Shown here: positions 21,937 through 31,173 of the stretch, piece after piece
How positions within the stretch are numbered: position 1 is the first letter of the stretch
Layout: each line of letters opens with the position of its first letter
NCBI GenBank assembly: GCA_937894085.1
Contig: CALCSG010000157.1
Coordinates: forward strand, 1-57,212
DNA length: 57,212 nucleotides
Reading direction: 5' to 3'
From: an uncultured Gammaproteobacteria bacterium
GTDB taxonomy: Bacteria > Pseudomonadota > Gammaproteobacteria > GCA-001735895
Notes under the pieces: model-generated
What the model saw: the letters and a program-made list of their open reading frames with translations, nothing else
Told to the model about the DNA's origin: nothing
The model's database searches: none
Made by a program: the position numbers and the translations under genes

Positions 21937-23100
21937 ATGTTTGAATTAATGGATGCATTTTCGCAAAATGCGGTAATAAAGGTAATCGGAGTCGGCGGTG
22001 GCGGCGGTAACGCTGTGCAACACATGGTCGATTCCGGTATTGAAGGTGTTGAATTCATGTGCGTCAATACGGATGTGCAGGCACTTAAAAAAATGGATGC
22101 TAAAACGACTATCCAGATTGGTAGCAGTATTACCAAAGGTTTAGGGGCAGGAGCTGATCCGGGTGTTGGTCGACAGGCTGCAATGGAAGATCGTGAGCGT
22201 ATTCAGGAAGCAATTGCCGGCACCGATATGTTATTTATCACTGCCGGTATGGGTGGTGGAACTGGAACAGGTGCAGCTCCGGTCATTGCTCAAATTGCTA
22301 AAGAAATGGGAGTGTTAACCGTAGCAGTCGTGACTAAACCATTCGGTTTTGAACGCGGTCGCAGGATGGCTCTGGCGGAGCAGGGTATCAAGGAATTATC
22401 TGAGTCAGTTGATTCATTGATTACTATTCCAAATGATAAACTGATGCCGGTATTAGGAAAGCAGACTACCGTGCTTGAAGTTTTTAACAAAGCGAATGAT
22501 GTTTTACGCGGTGCCGTACAGGGTATAGCCGAACTGATTACCTGTCCCGGTCTGATCAACGTGGATTTTGCTGACGTGAGAACAGTTATGTCGCAAATGG
22601 GTATGGCAATGATGGGATCAGGTGAAGCCACCGGCGAAGATCGTGCTAAAGAAGCAGCGATAGCAGCAATTTCATCTCCTCTTCTGGAAGACATTGATAT
22701 TGCCGGGGCTCAGGGTATTCTGGTAAATGTTACAGCCGGACTGGATCTCTCCATTGGTGAACTTGACGATGTGGGTTCTACTATTACAGCAATGGCTTCG
22801 GATGATGCAACGGTCGTAGTAGGAACAGTTATTGACTCTGAAATGACCTCGGGTGAATTACGTGTCACTTTAGTTGCAACAGGTATAGGAAGAGTAAAGA
22901 AGACTGCTTTACCTGAAACAGAAGCTGCAACACCTATCATCAAGCCCGGTAAAACAGGTGAGATTAGATACAGTGATCTGGATACTCCAATTTCAATGCG
23001 TGGAAAGAAAGTGGTTGGTGATACAGTAGAAATTCCTCAGGATAAAGAAAGCATGGAGTACCTTGAAATTCCTGCGTTTTTGCGTAGGCAAGCTGATTAA
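21937..23100 (+). CDS. ftsZ: Cell division protein FtsZ
   Basis: GGGTGTG tubulin signature, INVDFAD, C-terminal LEIPAFLRRQAD. Confidence 0.99.
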   Translation: MFELMDAFSQNAVIKVIGVGGGGGNAVQHMVDSGIEGVEFMCVNTDVQALKKMDAKTTIQIGSSITKGLGAGADPGVGRQAAMEDRERIQEAIAGTDMLFITAGMGGGTGTGAAPVIAQIAKEMGVLTVAVVTKPFGFERGRRMALAEQGIKELSESVDSLITIPNDKLMPVLGKQTTVLEVFNKANDVLRGAVQGIAELITCPGLINVDFADVRTVMSQMGMAMMGSGEATGEDRAKEAAIAAISSPLLEDIDIAGAQGILVNVTAGLDLSIGELDDVGSTITAMASDDATVVVGTVIDSEMTSGELRVTLVATGIGRVKKTALPETEAATPIIKPGKTGEIRYSDLDTPISMRGKKVVGDTVEIPQDKESMEYLEIPAFLRRQAD

Positions 23101-23120
23101 AGTGTAATACTTCTCTTACG

Positions 23121-23160
23121 CCCTGTTGAGCTCACGGATGAGCTTAACAGGGTTAATTTT
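23121..23160 (+). terminator. Intrinsic terminator after ftsZ
   Basis: 14-bp stem CCCTGTTGAGCTCA-cgga-TGAGCTTAACAGGG followed by TTAATTTT. Confidence 0.75.
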
Positions 23161-23342
23161 CAATTGGGATAGTACACGGATAAAGCGAATATTATAGTTC
23201 TAATTCGCTAAAATGGACGAAGTCAAAAAAGCTGGCAACCGGCTGTAGTAAACTCGCCCGCCAAAAGATGGCCAACTGTTCAGGACAAGATTTTTCCTCT
23301 AAAACCTATAGTAATAAGTTAACTGCGGAAAAAGCCTGGTCA

Positions 23343-23801
23343 TTATTGAAATCCAGGGTTTTTACCCAGAGAGTGGCAGTTAAGGCAATAAGCCGATACT
23401 GAACCTGCCAGGTAATAATTGGGTGGGTCCTGCTGTAAGCCATTCCTGGCATTGATTATATTCTGTCGAAACTGGTCAATATTAAATGACACAATATTGT
23501 GGTTTGAACTCAAATTCTCCTGCCCCAGTTCATGGCTCAGATCTTCCATCTTGTGCAAAATAGAAATTGCATTTAAGCGCTGTTCTTCAGGTACAGGCAA
23601 TTCATCCTGTAAGCTGTTATCCAGTAAAGTGGTGTACCAGGCAAACTGTTGCATGGTGCTTGTGAGTTTTTCATCTGAAATATAATTAAAATCAGGTGGA
23701 TAAGTGACTTTTCTAACGTTTTCTAAAACGCCATTGGCGCAACCAATTAATATCAGGGCTGTGCTGAGTACCAGAGTTCTTTTGAATTTAATTAATATCA
23801 T
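23343..23801 (-). CDS. Lipoprotein with C-terminal heme c motif (class II/cytochrome c'-like)
   Basis: Lipobox LIG-C, helical body, CLNCH close to the C-terminus. Confidence 0.7.
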   Translation of the reverse strand: MILIKFKRTLVLSTALILIGCANGVLENVRKVTYPPDFNYISDEKLTSTMQQFAWYTTLLDNSLQDELPVPEEQRLNAISILHKMEDLSHELGQENLSSNHNIVSFNIDQFRQNIINARNGLQQDPPNYYLAGSVSAYCLNCHSLGKNPGFQ

Positions 23802-23954
23802 GATTGATAGCCTTTGTATGGTTTATATAATTACCTGATTGCAGCTTTTTCAGCATTTTAAAAAAACAAAAATTAACAAACAAAGCCACGCGGGTCGCTA
23901 ACGAAAAAAACAGGGCTATTTGAATAGCTATAATAATAGACTTTTCTTTTCCTG

Positions 23955-23982
23955 CCTCTGCGTGCCTGGCGCCTTTGCGAGA
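23955..23982 (-). repeat. Solo arm of TCTCGC/9-bp-periodic repeat family
   Basis: Reverse complement TCTCGCAAAGGCGCCAGGCACGCAGAGG resembles the arms at 30815 and 30888. Confidence 0.6.
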
Positions 23983-24135
23983 GAATATTTATTCATCATT
24001 AGCATGACTTTTTAATAATGAAAATCAGCACAGGCTCAGGATTAATTTAATATAATTATAACGCTTAATCTGTGGATTAGCATATTGCTGTTTAGAAGGT
24101 GTTTGATACAGCGCATTAAGTGCCGTTTTAACGGG

Positions 24136-24390
24136 TTAACTTCTCAGTATTAAAGCCAGTTTCTGTTTTCTGGTTAGAGATTTTATATGCATTTCTCTCT
24201 TACTGGCCTGGCTGCGGGAATCAGCATTTTCCTGATATACCAGTTTCACAGGTTGTCGTCCCCTGGTAAATTTAGCCCCTAAATTTGAGGATTTATCATT
24301 ATGTTCATTAACACGTCTATCGAGATCTTTGGTAATACCGGTGTAAAGGCTGCTATCCGAGCAACGTAGTATGTAGACTTTCCAGCTCAT
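24136..24390 (-). CDS. GIY-YIG nuclease family protein (UPF0213/YhbQ-like)
   Basis: VYILRC.D.SLYTGIT.DL.RR..EHN, GAKFTRGR.PV and A.KRE..IK motifs. Confidence 0.92.
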   Translation of the reverse strand: MSWKVYILRCSDSSLYTGITKDLDRRVNEHNDKSSNLGAKFTRGRQPVKLVYQENADSRSQASKREMHIKSLTRKQKLALILRS

Positions 24391-25370
24391 TATACAGGAT
24401 GGATGGCCGGTTCCCTTAACGCTGAAAACTGTTCGCGCAATTCCAGTATATGCTCTTCCCAGTAGCGCGCAGTATTAAACCAGGGAAAACTATGCGGGAA
24501 AGCAGGATCCTCCCAGCGACGGGCTAACCAGGCGCTGTAATGCATGATTCTTAGAGTGCGAAAAACTTCGATCAGGTGCAATTCAGCCATGTCGAAATCA
24601 TTAAATTCAAAATATCCATCCAGAATCCTGTTTAACTGAACGCCCTGCTGTTCACGACTGCCAGAAAGTAACATCCAGATATCCTGTACGGCAGGTGCCA
24701 TGCGAGAGTCGTCAAAATCGACAAAATTGGGATTATCATCTCGCCATAGCATATTGCCAGCATGACAATCGCCATGCACTCTGATACTGCGTACCTTACC
24801 AGCCTTTTGAATCGACTTTTCCATCGCGTCAAGCACGTCGCTCGTTAAACTGTCATAAGCCAGCTTTAAATAGTCTGGAATGTAATTTTTACTGATAAAA
24901 CTGACACTGTCATAACCAAAGTTTTGGATGTTTATAGAAGGTCTATATTTAAAAGGTTTTGTGGCTCCGGTTAAATGTATTCTTGCCAGTAAACGTCCTA
25001 AAATCAAAAGGTTGTCCTGGTAATCCAGTTCTGGCGCATGCCCACCTTTACGCTCAAAAAGTGAAAAGTGAAAATCCTGATATTGATGTAAACTGATACC
25101 CTGTTCATTCTTTAAAGGTGTGACAATGGGTAATTCCTGCTCTGCCAGTTCATAGCTGAATTCATGCTCTTCCAGTATCTGGTCTACCGACCAGCGTTGG
25201 GGGCGGTAGAATTTGGCAATAACTGGAGTTTTATCTTCGATGCCGATCTGGTAAACACGGTTTTCATAACTGTTCAGCGCGAGGTTTCGGCCATCGCATA
25301 AATAGCCCTGAGACTCTATCGCATCCATGATGAAATCGGGGGTGAGTTTTTCGAAAGGATGTGTATTCAT
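24390..25370 (-). CDS. srkA: Stress response Ser/Thr kinase SrkA (YihE/RdoA)
   Basis: LNSYENRVY, KFYRP.RWS, HGDCHAGN, VDFDD and WLARRW.DPAFP motifs. Confidence 0.95.
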   Translation of the reverse strand: MNTHPFEKLTPDFIMDAIESQGYLCDGRNLALNSYENRVYQIGIEDKTPVIAKFYRPQRWSVDQILEEHEFSYELAEQELPIVTPLKNEQGISLHQYQDFHFSLFERKGGHAPELDYQDNLLILGRLLARIHLTGATKPFKYRPSINIQNFGYDSVSFISKNYIPDYLKLAYDSLTSDVLDAMEKSIQKAGKVRSIRVHGDCHAGNMLWRDDNPNFVDFDDSRMAPAVQDIWMLLSGSREQQGVQLNRILDGYFEFNDFDMAELHLIEVFRTLRIMHYSAWLARRWEDPAFPHSFPWFNTARYWEEHILELREQFSALREPAIHPV

Positions 25371-25397
25371 CTATATACTCATGATGGTGTAATAAAT

Positions 25398-25648
25398 TTA
25401 TTCACCACGAAGCACACGAAGGGCACGAAGGATAAATAGGGTTAAGTAAAAGATTTTTATTTATGATAGAAATGTTTTACAGGAGCTAGTATGTCACAAA
25501 TACGCACCGTTTATCATCGAAATACTACAGAAAAGGAATCAGGGCATAGTTTGTTTTTTTAGGTATTATCTGGACTATGTACTGTGCTATCACTTACTTC
25601 CTATTTCGTATTTTTCTTCGTGTTCTCTGTGTGCTTCGTGGTGAATAA
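25398..25648. repeat. Inverted-repeat (REP/MITE-like) element with CACGAAG 9-bp periodic arms
   Basis: 34-bp arms 25398-25431 and 25615-25648, 29/34 identical with the first 20 bp perfect. Confidence 0.85.
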
Positions 25649-25655
25649 TTGTAAT

Positions 25656-26201
25656 TTAATGCCCCGATAATTTATGTAATTCTTCAAGAATAGAATCCAC
25701 CAACTGGCGACCCTGTGCGCCCATACCACGACTGAGTACTTTGGGTTCTCTTTCGCCGTTAATCATCTTGCGAACAATGCCCCCCAGGTTTCTCATGTCA
25801 CCACCGGCCTGAGTCATCTGCTCGGCCATCTGGCTGATAATTTCCAGCGCTTCGGGGCTGCCTGTAGCTGCCTGATGGATCATGTGTGCAATCCCTGGAG
25901 CTGCCATGCTGGCATCGGCAGTTTTATTCGGGTCTGGTAAGGTGGCTGGATTTTGAATGCCGAGCAATATGGCTGCTGCGATAGTGCTGTCTTCTTCATC
26001 CAGTCCCTGTAATAAACTTTCACTGCGTTCTCCTTTAATGATGCGTCTTATAATTTTGACTACATCACCCCAGCCATTTTTTTCACTGACCTTTAGAATT
26101 TCTTCAGTTTGCGCTAGCAGGGCAGGGTTAGCGATGCTCTGTACAACCTGTACGATGACCCCGGCATGTGACTGAATAATCTGTTGTTTTCGCTCAAGCA
26201 T
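25656..26201 (-). CDS. Hypothetical all-helical protein with internal duplication
   Basis: 181-aa ORF directly downstream of valS; two copies of an IRR/KII.GER motif. Confidence 0.8.
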   Translation of the reverse strand: MLERKQQIIQSHAGVIVQVVQSIANPALLAQTEEILKVSEKNGWGDVVKIIRRIIKGERSESLLQGLDEEDSTIAAAILLGIQNPATLPDPNKTADASMAAPGIAHMIHQAATGSPEALEIISQMAEQMTQAGGDMRNLGGIVRKMINGEREPKVLSRGMGAQGRQLVDSILEELHKLSGH

Positions 26202-26215
26202 GGTGTAGGTTCCGT

Positions 26216-29038
26216 TTAAAGGGCACGAATCTTGTCAGCCTGTACTCGCAGACTGTTTAATGCTGATTCCGCTTCTGCCAGTTTTTCACGTTCTTTTTCA
26301 ACTACCTCTTCAGGTGCACGGTCGACAAAATTGGCGTTCCCCAGTTTGCCTTTGATTCGATCGGCATCAGCCTGAAGCTTGCTCATATTTTTTTCCAGGC
26401 GGGTTAATTCTGCTTCTTTATCAATTAAACCGGCGAGTGGAATCAGCAGGTTCATATCGCCTACCAGCGATGTTGCTGACTCTGGCGCATTTTCGCCTTC
26501 CTTCAGCCAGGAAATGGATTCCAGCCTGGCTAAAGAAACAAGCAATGATTTATTATTTTGCAGTCGTTGCTGGTCAATTGCAGATCCATTTTGCAGTAAC
26601 ACAGGTAAAGGCTTGCCGGGTTTAATATCCATTTCAGAGCGAATCTGGCGTATACCCATGATGAATGTCTTTACCCAGCTCAGCTCTGCAATAGCATCTT
26701 TGTCAATTAACGATTCATTTGCTGTCGGATAAGGTTGCAGCATGATAGTGTCGCCCTTCACACCAGCCAGTGGCGCTACTTTCTGCCATAATTCTTCAGT
26801 TATATATGGCATGATCGGATGTAACACGCATAACATGGATTCGAGAACAGTAACCAGTGTTTTGCGTGCTCCACGTTTTTGTTCTACGCTGCTTTCATCG
26901 GAATATAAAACAGGCTTGGATAATTCGATATACCAGTCACAATAGTCATTCCAGATGAATTCATATACTTCTTTCGATGCGAGATCAAAACGATAGGATT
27001 CGATGTGACGTGCAACTTCTGTCGATACCAGTTGCAGGCGGGCTGTTATCCAGCGGTCAGGCAGTGAAAGTTCGACCGATTCATTATTAATACCGGTATC
27101 TTCGCCTTCGGTATTCTGTAAAACATAACGCGTAGCATTCCAGATTTTATTACAGAAATTACGGTAACCTTCGATGCGACCCATATCGAATTTAACGTCA
27201 CGACCGGTTGATGCGAGTGAGGTATAGGTAAAACGTAAGGCGTCGGTGCCATAACTCTGAATACCATCAGGAAATTCTTTACGTGTCTGCTTTTCAATTT
27301 TGGCAGCCAGTTTAGGTTGCATCATGCCACTGGTGCGTTTTTTAACCAGCTCTTCCAGTTCGATGCCGTCAATTAAATCTATCGGATCGAGTACATTGCC
27401 TTTGGATTTGGACATTTTATGGCCGAGTGAATCACGTACCAGACCATGTACATAAACTTCTTTAAACGGCACCTGGCCATCCATGAATTTCAGGCCAAAC
27501 ATAATCATACGCGCTACCCAGAAAAAGATGATGTCAAAACCGGTAACCAGTACCTGTGTCGGGTAGAATTCCTCCAGTCTCTGTGTTTTTTCAGGCCATC
27601 CTAGTGTAGAAAAGGGCCAGAGTGCGGATGAGAACCAGGTATCCAGTACATCTTCGTCCTGGCGTAATTCGACTTCGGCCGGAATATTATGGTTATCGCG
27701 TATTTCCTGTTCATTGCGGCCAACATACAGATTACCTTCATTATCGTACCACGCAGGAATTCGATGTCCCCACCAGATTTGACGACTGATGCACCAGTCC
27801 TGAATGTTGTTCATCCATTCGTAATAGGTGTTTTTGGCATTTTCCGGTACAAATTTTATCGCACCGGATTCGACTGCTTCAATGGCTGGCTTTGCCAGAG
27901 GAGCAGTTTTTACGTACCACTGATCAGTCAGAAAGGGTTCAATAACCGTACCGGAACGATCACCGCGAGGGACCATTAATTTGTGAGGATCTATTTTTTC
28001 AATTAATCCAAGTGATTCAAGGTCGGCAACAATTTTTTTACGTGCTTCATAGCGATCCATTCCGATGTATTTTTCAGGCAATAAATCACTTTCTTCAGAC
28101 AGGTTGGCACGGATGGCAGCATCTTGTGTGAAGATGTTGATAAGGCCACCATGCGGCTGATTCTGAATCGAGGTTTCACTATTATGGCGAGTCCATACTT
28201 CGTAATCGTTAAAATCATGCGCGGGAGTAATCTTTACGCAACCCGTACCGAATTCTGCATCTACATGTTCATCAATAATAATCGGGATATGACGACCAGT
28301 TAAAGGTAGTTCGACGGTTTGTCCTACCAGATGCATATAGCGTTCATCACCGGGGCTGATAGCAATAGCACAATCACCCAGCATAGTTTCAGGACGGGTT
28401 GTGGCAACAACGAGGTGCCCTTGCTGATTACTGAAAGGATAGCGTAAATGCCACATGCTACCGTTTTCTTCTTCTGAAATAACTTCTAGGTCAGAGATGG
28501 CGGTATGGAATTTGGTGTCCCAGTTAACCAGACGCTTGCCGCGGTAAATCAAACCCTCTTCGAAAAGCCTGACGAAAACTTCCTGTACGGCATCTGACAG
28601 GCCTTCATCCATGGTGAAGCGTTCATTCTCCCAGTCCAGAGAAGATCCCAGACGACGTAACTGCGAGGTGATATGTCCACCAGACTGTTTCTTCCACTCC
28701 CAGATGCGCTGAATGAGTTTTTCGCGACCCAGGTCATGACGTGATAAGCCTTCTGCTTCCATCTGCCTTTCAACAACCATCTGGGTGGCAATGCCAGCAT
28801 GGTCACTGCCGGGTTGCCACAGAGTTTTGTCACCACTCATACGATGGTAGCGAATCAGTGTATCCATGATAGCGTTATTAAAACCATGGCCCATGTGTAG
28901 ACTACCGGTCACGTTTGGCGGCGGAATCATGATGCAATAGCTACTATCGCCATCGGAAGACGGGCTGAAGTAACCACTTTTTTCCCAGTGTTGATACCAG
29001 TTCTGTTCGATAGCGTGCGGGTCGTAGGTTTTTTCCAT
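26216..29038 (-). CDS. valS: Valine--tRNA ligase
   Basis: [25 protein letters not shown] and C-terminal coiled coil. Confidence 0.99.
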   Translation of the reverse strand: MEKTYDPHAIEQNWYQHWEKSGYFSPSSDGDSSYCIMIPPPNVTGSLHMGHGFNNAIMDTLIRYHRMSGDKTLWQPGSDHAGIATQMVVERQMEAEGLSRHDLGREKLIQRIWEWKKQSGGHITSQLRRLGSSLDWENERFTMDEGLSDAVQEVFVRLFEEGLIYRGKRLVNWDTKFHTAISDLEVISEEENGSMWHLRYPFSNQQGHLVVATTRPETMLGDCAIAISPGDERYMHLVGQTVELPLTGRHIPIIIDEHVDAEFGTGCVKITPAHDFNDYEVWTRHNSETSIQNQPHGGLINIFTQDAAIRANLSEESDLLPEKYIGMDRYEARKKIVADLESLGLIEKIDPHKLMVPRGDRSGTVIEPFLTDQWYVKTAPLAKPAIEAVESGAIKFVPENAKNTYYEWMNNIQDWCISRQIWWGHRIPAWYDNEGNLYVGRNEQEIRDNHNIPAEVELRQDEDVLDTWFSSALWPFSTLGWPEKTQRLEEFYPTQVLVTGFDIIFFWVARMIMFGLKFMDGQVPFKEVYVHGLVRDSLGHKMSKSKGNVLDPIDLIDGIELEELVKKRTSGMMQPKLAAKIEKQTRKEFPDGIQSYGTDALRFTYTSLASTGRDVKFDMGRIEGYRNFCNKIWNATRYVLQNTEGEDTGINNESVELSLPDRWITARLQLVSTEVARHIESYRFDLASKEVYEFIWNDYCDWYIELSKPVLYSDESSVEQKRGARKTLVTVLESMLCVLHPIMPYITEELWQKVAPLAGVKGDTIMLQPYPTANESLIDKDAIAELSWVKTFIMGIRQIRSEMDIKPGKPLPVLLQNGSAIDQQRLQNNKSLLVSLARLESISWLKEGENAPESATSLVGDMNLLIPLAGLIDKEAELTRLEKNMSKLQADADRIKGKLGNANFVDRAPEEVVEKEREKLAEAESALNSLRVQADKIRAL

Positions 29039-29227
29039 GGTGCTTATTAAAAATGAAATACAAAAAAATGATTATACATGGCAGATGCTTAATTTGTCAG
29101 ATTGTATGTACAATAGAATGCTAAAATAGTGAGTTTATGGTGCAGCAGCATAGGCAAGTTGCATCGTTAATGAAATGCTATATAACAAAGCTATATTCCG
29201 ACTTACCTGATTTGAAGAATACAAGAC

Positions 29228-30175
29228 ATGAGTAATACCATACTGGATCACGTTGCAGAGCAGCGACAGGCACTCAAGAAATTTATCGGCAATAATATGG
29301 CGAAACTGGGACGAAAGTGCTCTGAACACATCAGTAATCCGGAAAAGCTGGATAAATTACTGAAAGCACATTTTAAAGGTTCTAATTATTGCAAGTATCT
29401 GTGGGTGCTGGATCATACCGGGCATCAATTGACTGCAACAGTTTCCAGGAAAAAGCTTAAGGAAGAACAGCGCGGAAGAGATAGAGTTTCTAGACCCTAT
29501 ATGCAAAGAGCCCTGACAGGTGATCCTTTTTATCTTTCTGATGCCTATATTAGTCGCAACCGCAAGAGACCTTCGTTAACCTCGGTGCAAACCATTTTTG
29601 ATGACGATGGGCGAGCTATCGGTTTTCTAGGGGCGGATTTTGACTTACGTAAGTTGCCATACACGGCCAAACTGAAACTGGATAAAAAAGGCTGGATGCA
29701 GATGAAGGGTGATCCAGCTATCCGTGGAGGGTTATTTGCTCAGCAGCGTACTGTTAGTGCGATGGATGAGAAAATAGATGATGTGCTGAGTTTGATGACT
29801 GAGTTAATACTCGGGCATGGAGTGTTTCATGCGAAGTTACATTTTTCAAGTAGTCGGGCTACTGTCTGGCTGGTTGATTCTCCGTTTGATTATCAACTCC
29901 TTAATATCGATGAATTAACCGATGCGAGTGTCTGCCTGGCTTTTGCAAAGCGTGACTACTTTGATAAAGCTATAGTTCCTCGCAAAAAGTTAGTGAAAAT
30001 ATTTCAACAATTTAAAAAGCTTAGATTTGCCGATGAAACGATCTATTTGCGTTCAGCATCACTCAATGTAGTGAATGGAAAAGTGGGTTTAAATTTTTCC
30101 TGCGATGGTTCTCATTACGTGTCTTATGATGAGTTTCTGGAGAAAGATAATAAATTCTGGTTCGGGGTGAAGTGA
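29228..30175 (+). CDS. Soluble PDC/Cache-like sensor domain protein
   Basis: Cache-like GRDR..RPY...A, LSDAYIS and G..IGFLGADF motifs; no TM segment. Confidence 0.65.
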   Translation: MSNTILDHVAEQRQALKKFIGNNMAKLGRKCSEHISNPEKLDKLLKAHFKGSNYCKYLWVLDHTGHQLTATVSRKKLKEEQRGRDRVSRPYMQRALTGDPFYLSDAYISRNRKRPSLTSVQTIFDDDGRAIGFLGADFDLRKLPYTAKLKLDKKGWMQMKGDPAIRGGLFAQQRTVSAMDEKIDDVLSLMTELILGHGVFHAKLHFSSSRATVWLVDSPFDYQLLNIDELTDASVCLAFAKRDYFDKAIVPRKKLVKIFQQFKKLRFADETIYLRSASLNVVNGKVGLNFSCDGSHYVSYDEFLEKDNKFWFGVK

Positions 30176-30189
30176 ATTTTAGAGCTATG

Positions 30190-30217
30190 CACCACGAAGA
30201 CACGAAGAACACGAAGG
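30190..30217 (+). repeat. Solo CACGAAG-periodic repeat arm
   Basis: CACCACGAAGACACGAAGAACACGAAGG, 14 nt after the stop of the Cache gene. Confidence 0.75.
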
Positions 30218-30306
30218 TTGATTGATAAAAAACTTTGCTAATTAACCTGCATCTGCTCATCCATGAGCTCTATATTTTCAGTATTTTAAGGTTTTAAGCG
30301 AAATGT

Positions 30307-30600
30307 TTAGAATCTATCCAGGTCATCCCACAGGCTTTCAGATCCGACTGAACCTGAACTGTAGTTGGCAGGCTTAAAGTTACGATTCGCCTGAATAAAA
30401 TACAGGTCCTCAAATAGGTTGTATGAGGTCGCAGCACTACCAATTTCTGGCTGACTAGACAATTGTCCACTGCTTTTCTGTTTAGCCTGATCTATTTCGA
30501 ATTGTTCAAGGTCCTCCAGTAAACTTTCTGAGGCTAAAGCAGAAATACTGGATACTGAGAAAATACCTGCAATAACTGACGAGATAATAAGTCTTTTCAT
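30307..30600 (-). CDS. Small secreted protein with three acidic S-x-x-L-x-E/D-D-L motifs
   Basis: Sec signal MKR...SALA, AGGAGAG RBS, repeats SESLLEDLEQF / SYNLFEDLYF / SESLWDDLDRF. Confidence 0.8.
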   Translation of the reverse strand: MKRLIISSVIAGIFSVSSISALASESLLEDLEQFEIDQAKQKSSGQLSSQPEIGSAATSYNLFEDLYFIQANRNFKPANYSSGSVGSESLWDDLDRF

Positions 30601-30648
30601 TTTAACTCTCCTGATAATTTTAAGGTTTTTTATTAACGCTACGTATGT

Positions 30649-30675
30649 TTAGTAGGATTAAACAGGCCTAAGTTC
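30649..30675 (-). promoter_or_regulatory. Possible ECF sigma (RpoE/AlgU-like) promoter
   Basis: On the minus strand: GAACTT, 16 nt, ACTAA, about 50 nt upstream of the small secreted protein. Confidence 0.35.
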
Positions 30676-30814
30676 ATATTACTTTGTTGCTGCAATAGCA
30701 ATAATGATTTGTTAAAGCGAGTTGAAATTGATCGGAGGAGAGTAATTTATGGTAAAAATTTATGTGATTACTCCGGAAATTCAGACTTTGTCAAAACACA
30801 ACAGAAAAATAGTT

Positions 30815-30916
30815 TCTCGCCAGAACGCAAAGAACGCCAAGGAAAACCAGTTCTACTTTGTAAGTATTATTCAACTTGAAACAGCCCTTCTTAGCGTTCT
30901 TTGCGTCTTAGCGAGA
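30815..30916. repeat. Inverted-repeat element with TCTCGC/CGCAAAG 9-bp periodic arms
   Basis: 29-bp arms 30815-30843 and 30888-30916, 24/29 identical, 44-bp spacer. Confidence 0.85.
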
Positions 30917-31051
30917 GTAAAGCTTTTGTTTGAATTCAAAATAAATTAAAGCTAAATCTCAGGGGTAATCAGAAAAGTTTATGTGAAGGAGCAGTGAAGT
31001 CTTGTAACTGAAGATACTATTTGGTTAAAAGGGTATTTAGATTAAGTAGTG

Positions 31052-31104
31052 TGCCCGCTATGGATAATGGAAATGCAGGAAATGCAGGAGCAATTTCCAG
31101 GGCA
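31052..31104 (+). repeat. Double-hairpin repeat unit (ATGGA loop + GCAGGAGCA loop)
   Basis: 31056-31098 is 33/43 identical (ungapped) to the reverse complement of 38973-39015; closed by TGCCC/GGGCA. Confidence 0.75.
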
Positions 31105-31132
31105 AAAAAACGGGAGCCGAAGCTCCCATTTT
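31104..31132 (-). terminator. Intrinsic terminator of the porin gene
   Basis: Minus strand GGGAGC-TTCG-GCTCCC-GTTTTTTT (UUCG tetraloop, U-tract). Confidence 0.9.
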
Positions 31133-31173
31133 AACAACATTATGTTGTAATTCTAAATCAAATTAAGATTTGA

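Noticed and set aside
30749-30949. 66-aa ORF as a real gene
   Set aside because: Its core is the translated inverted-repeat element; a GGAGGAG upstream means expression is not fully excluded
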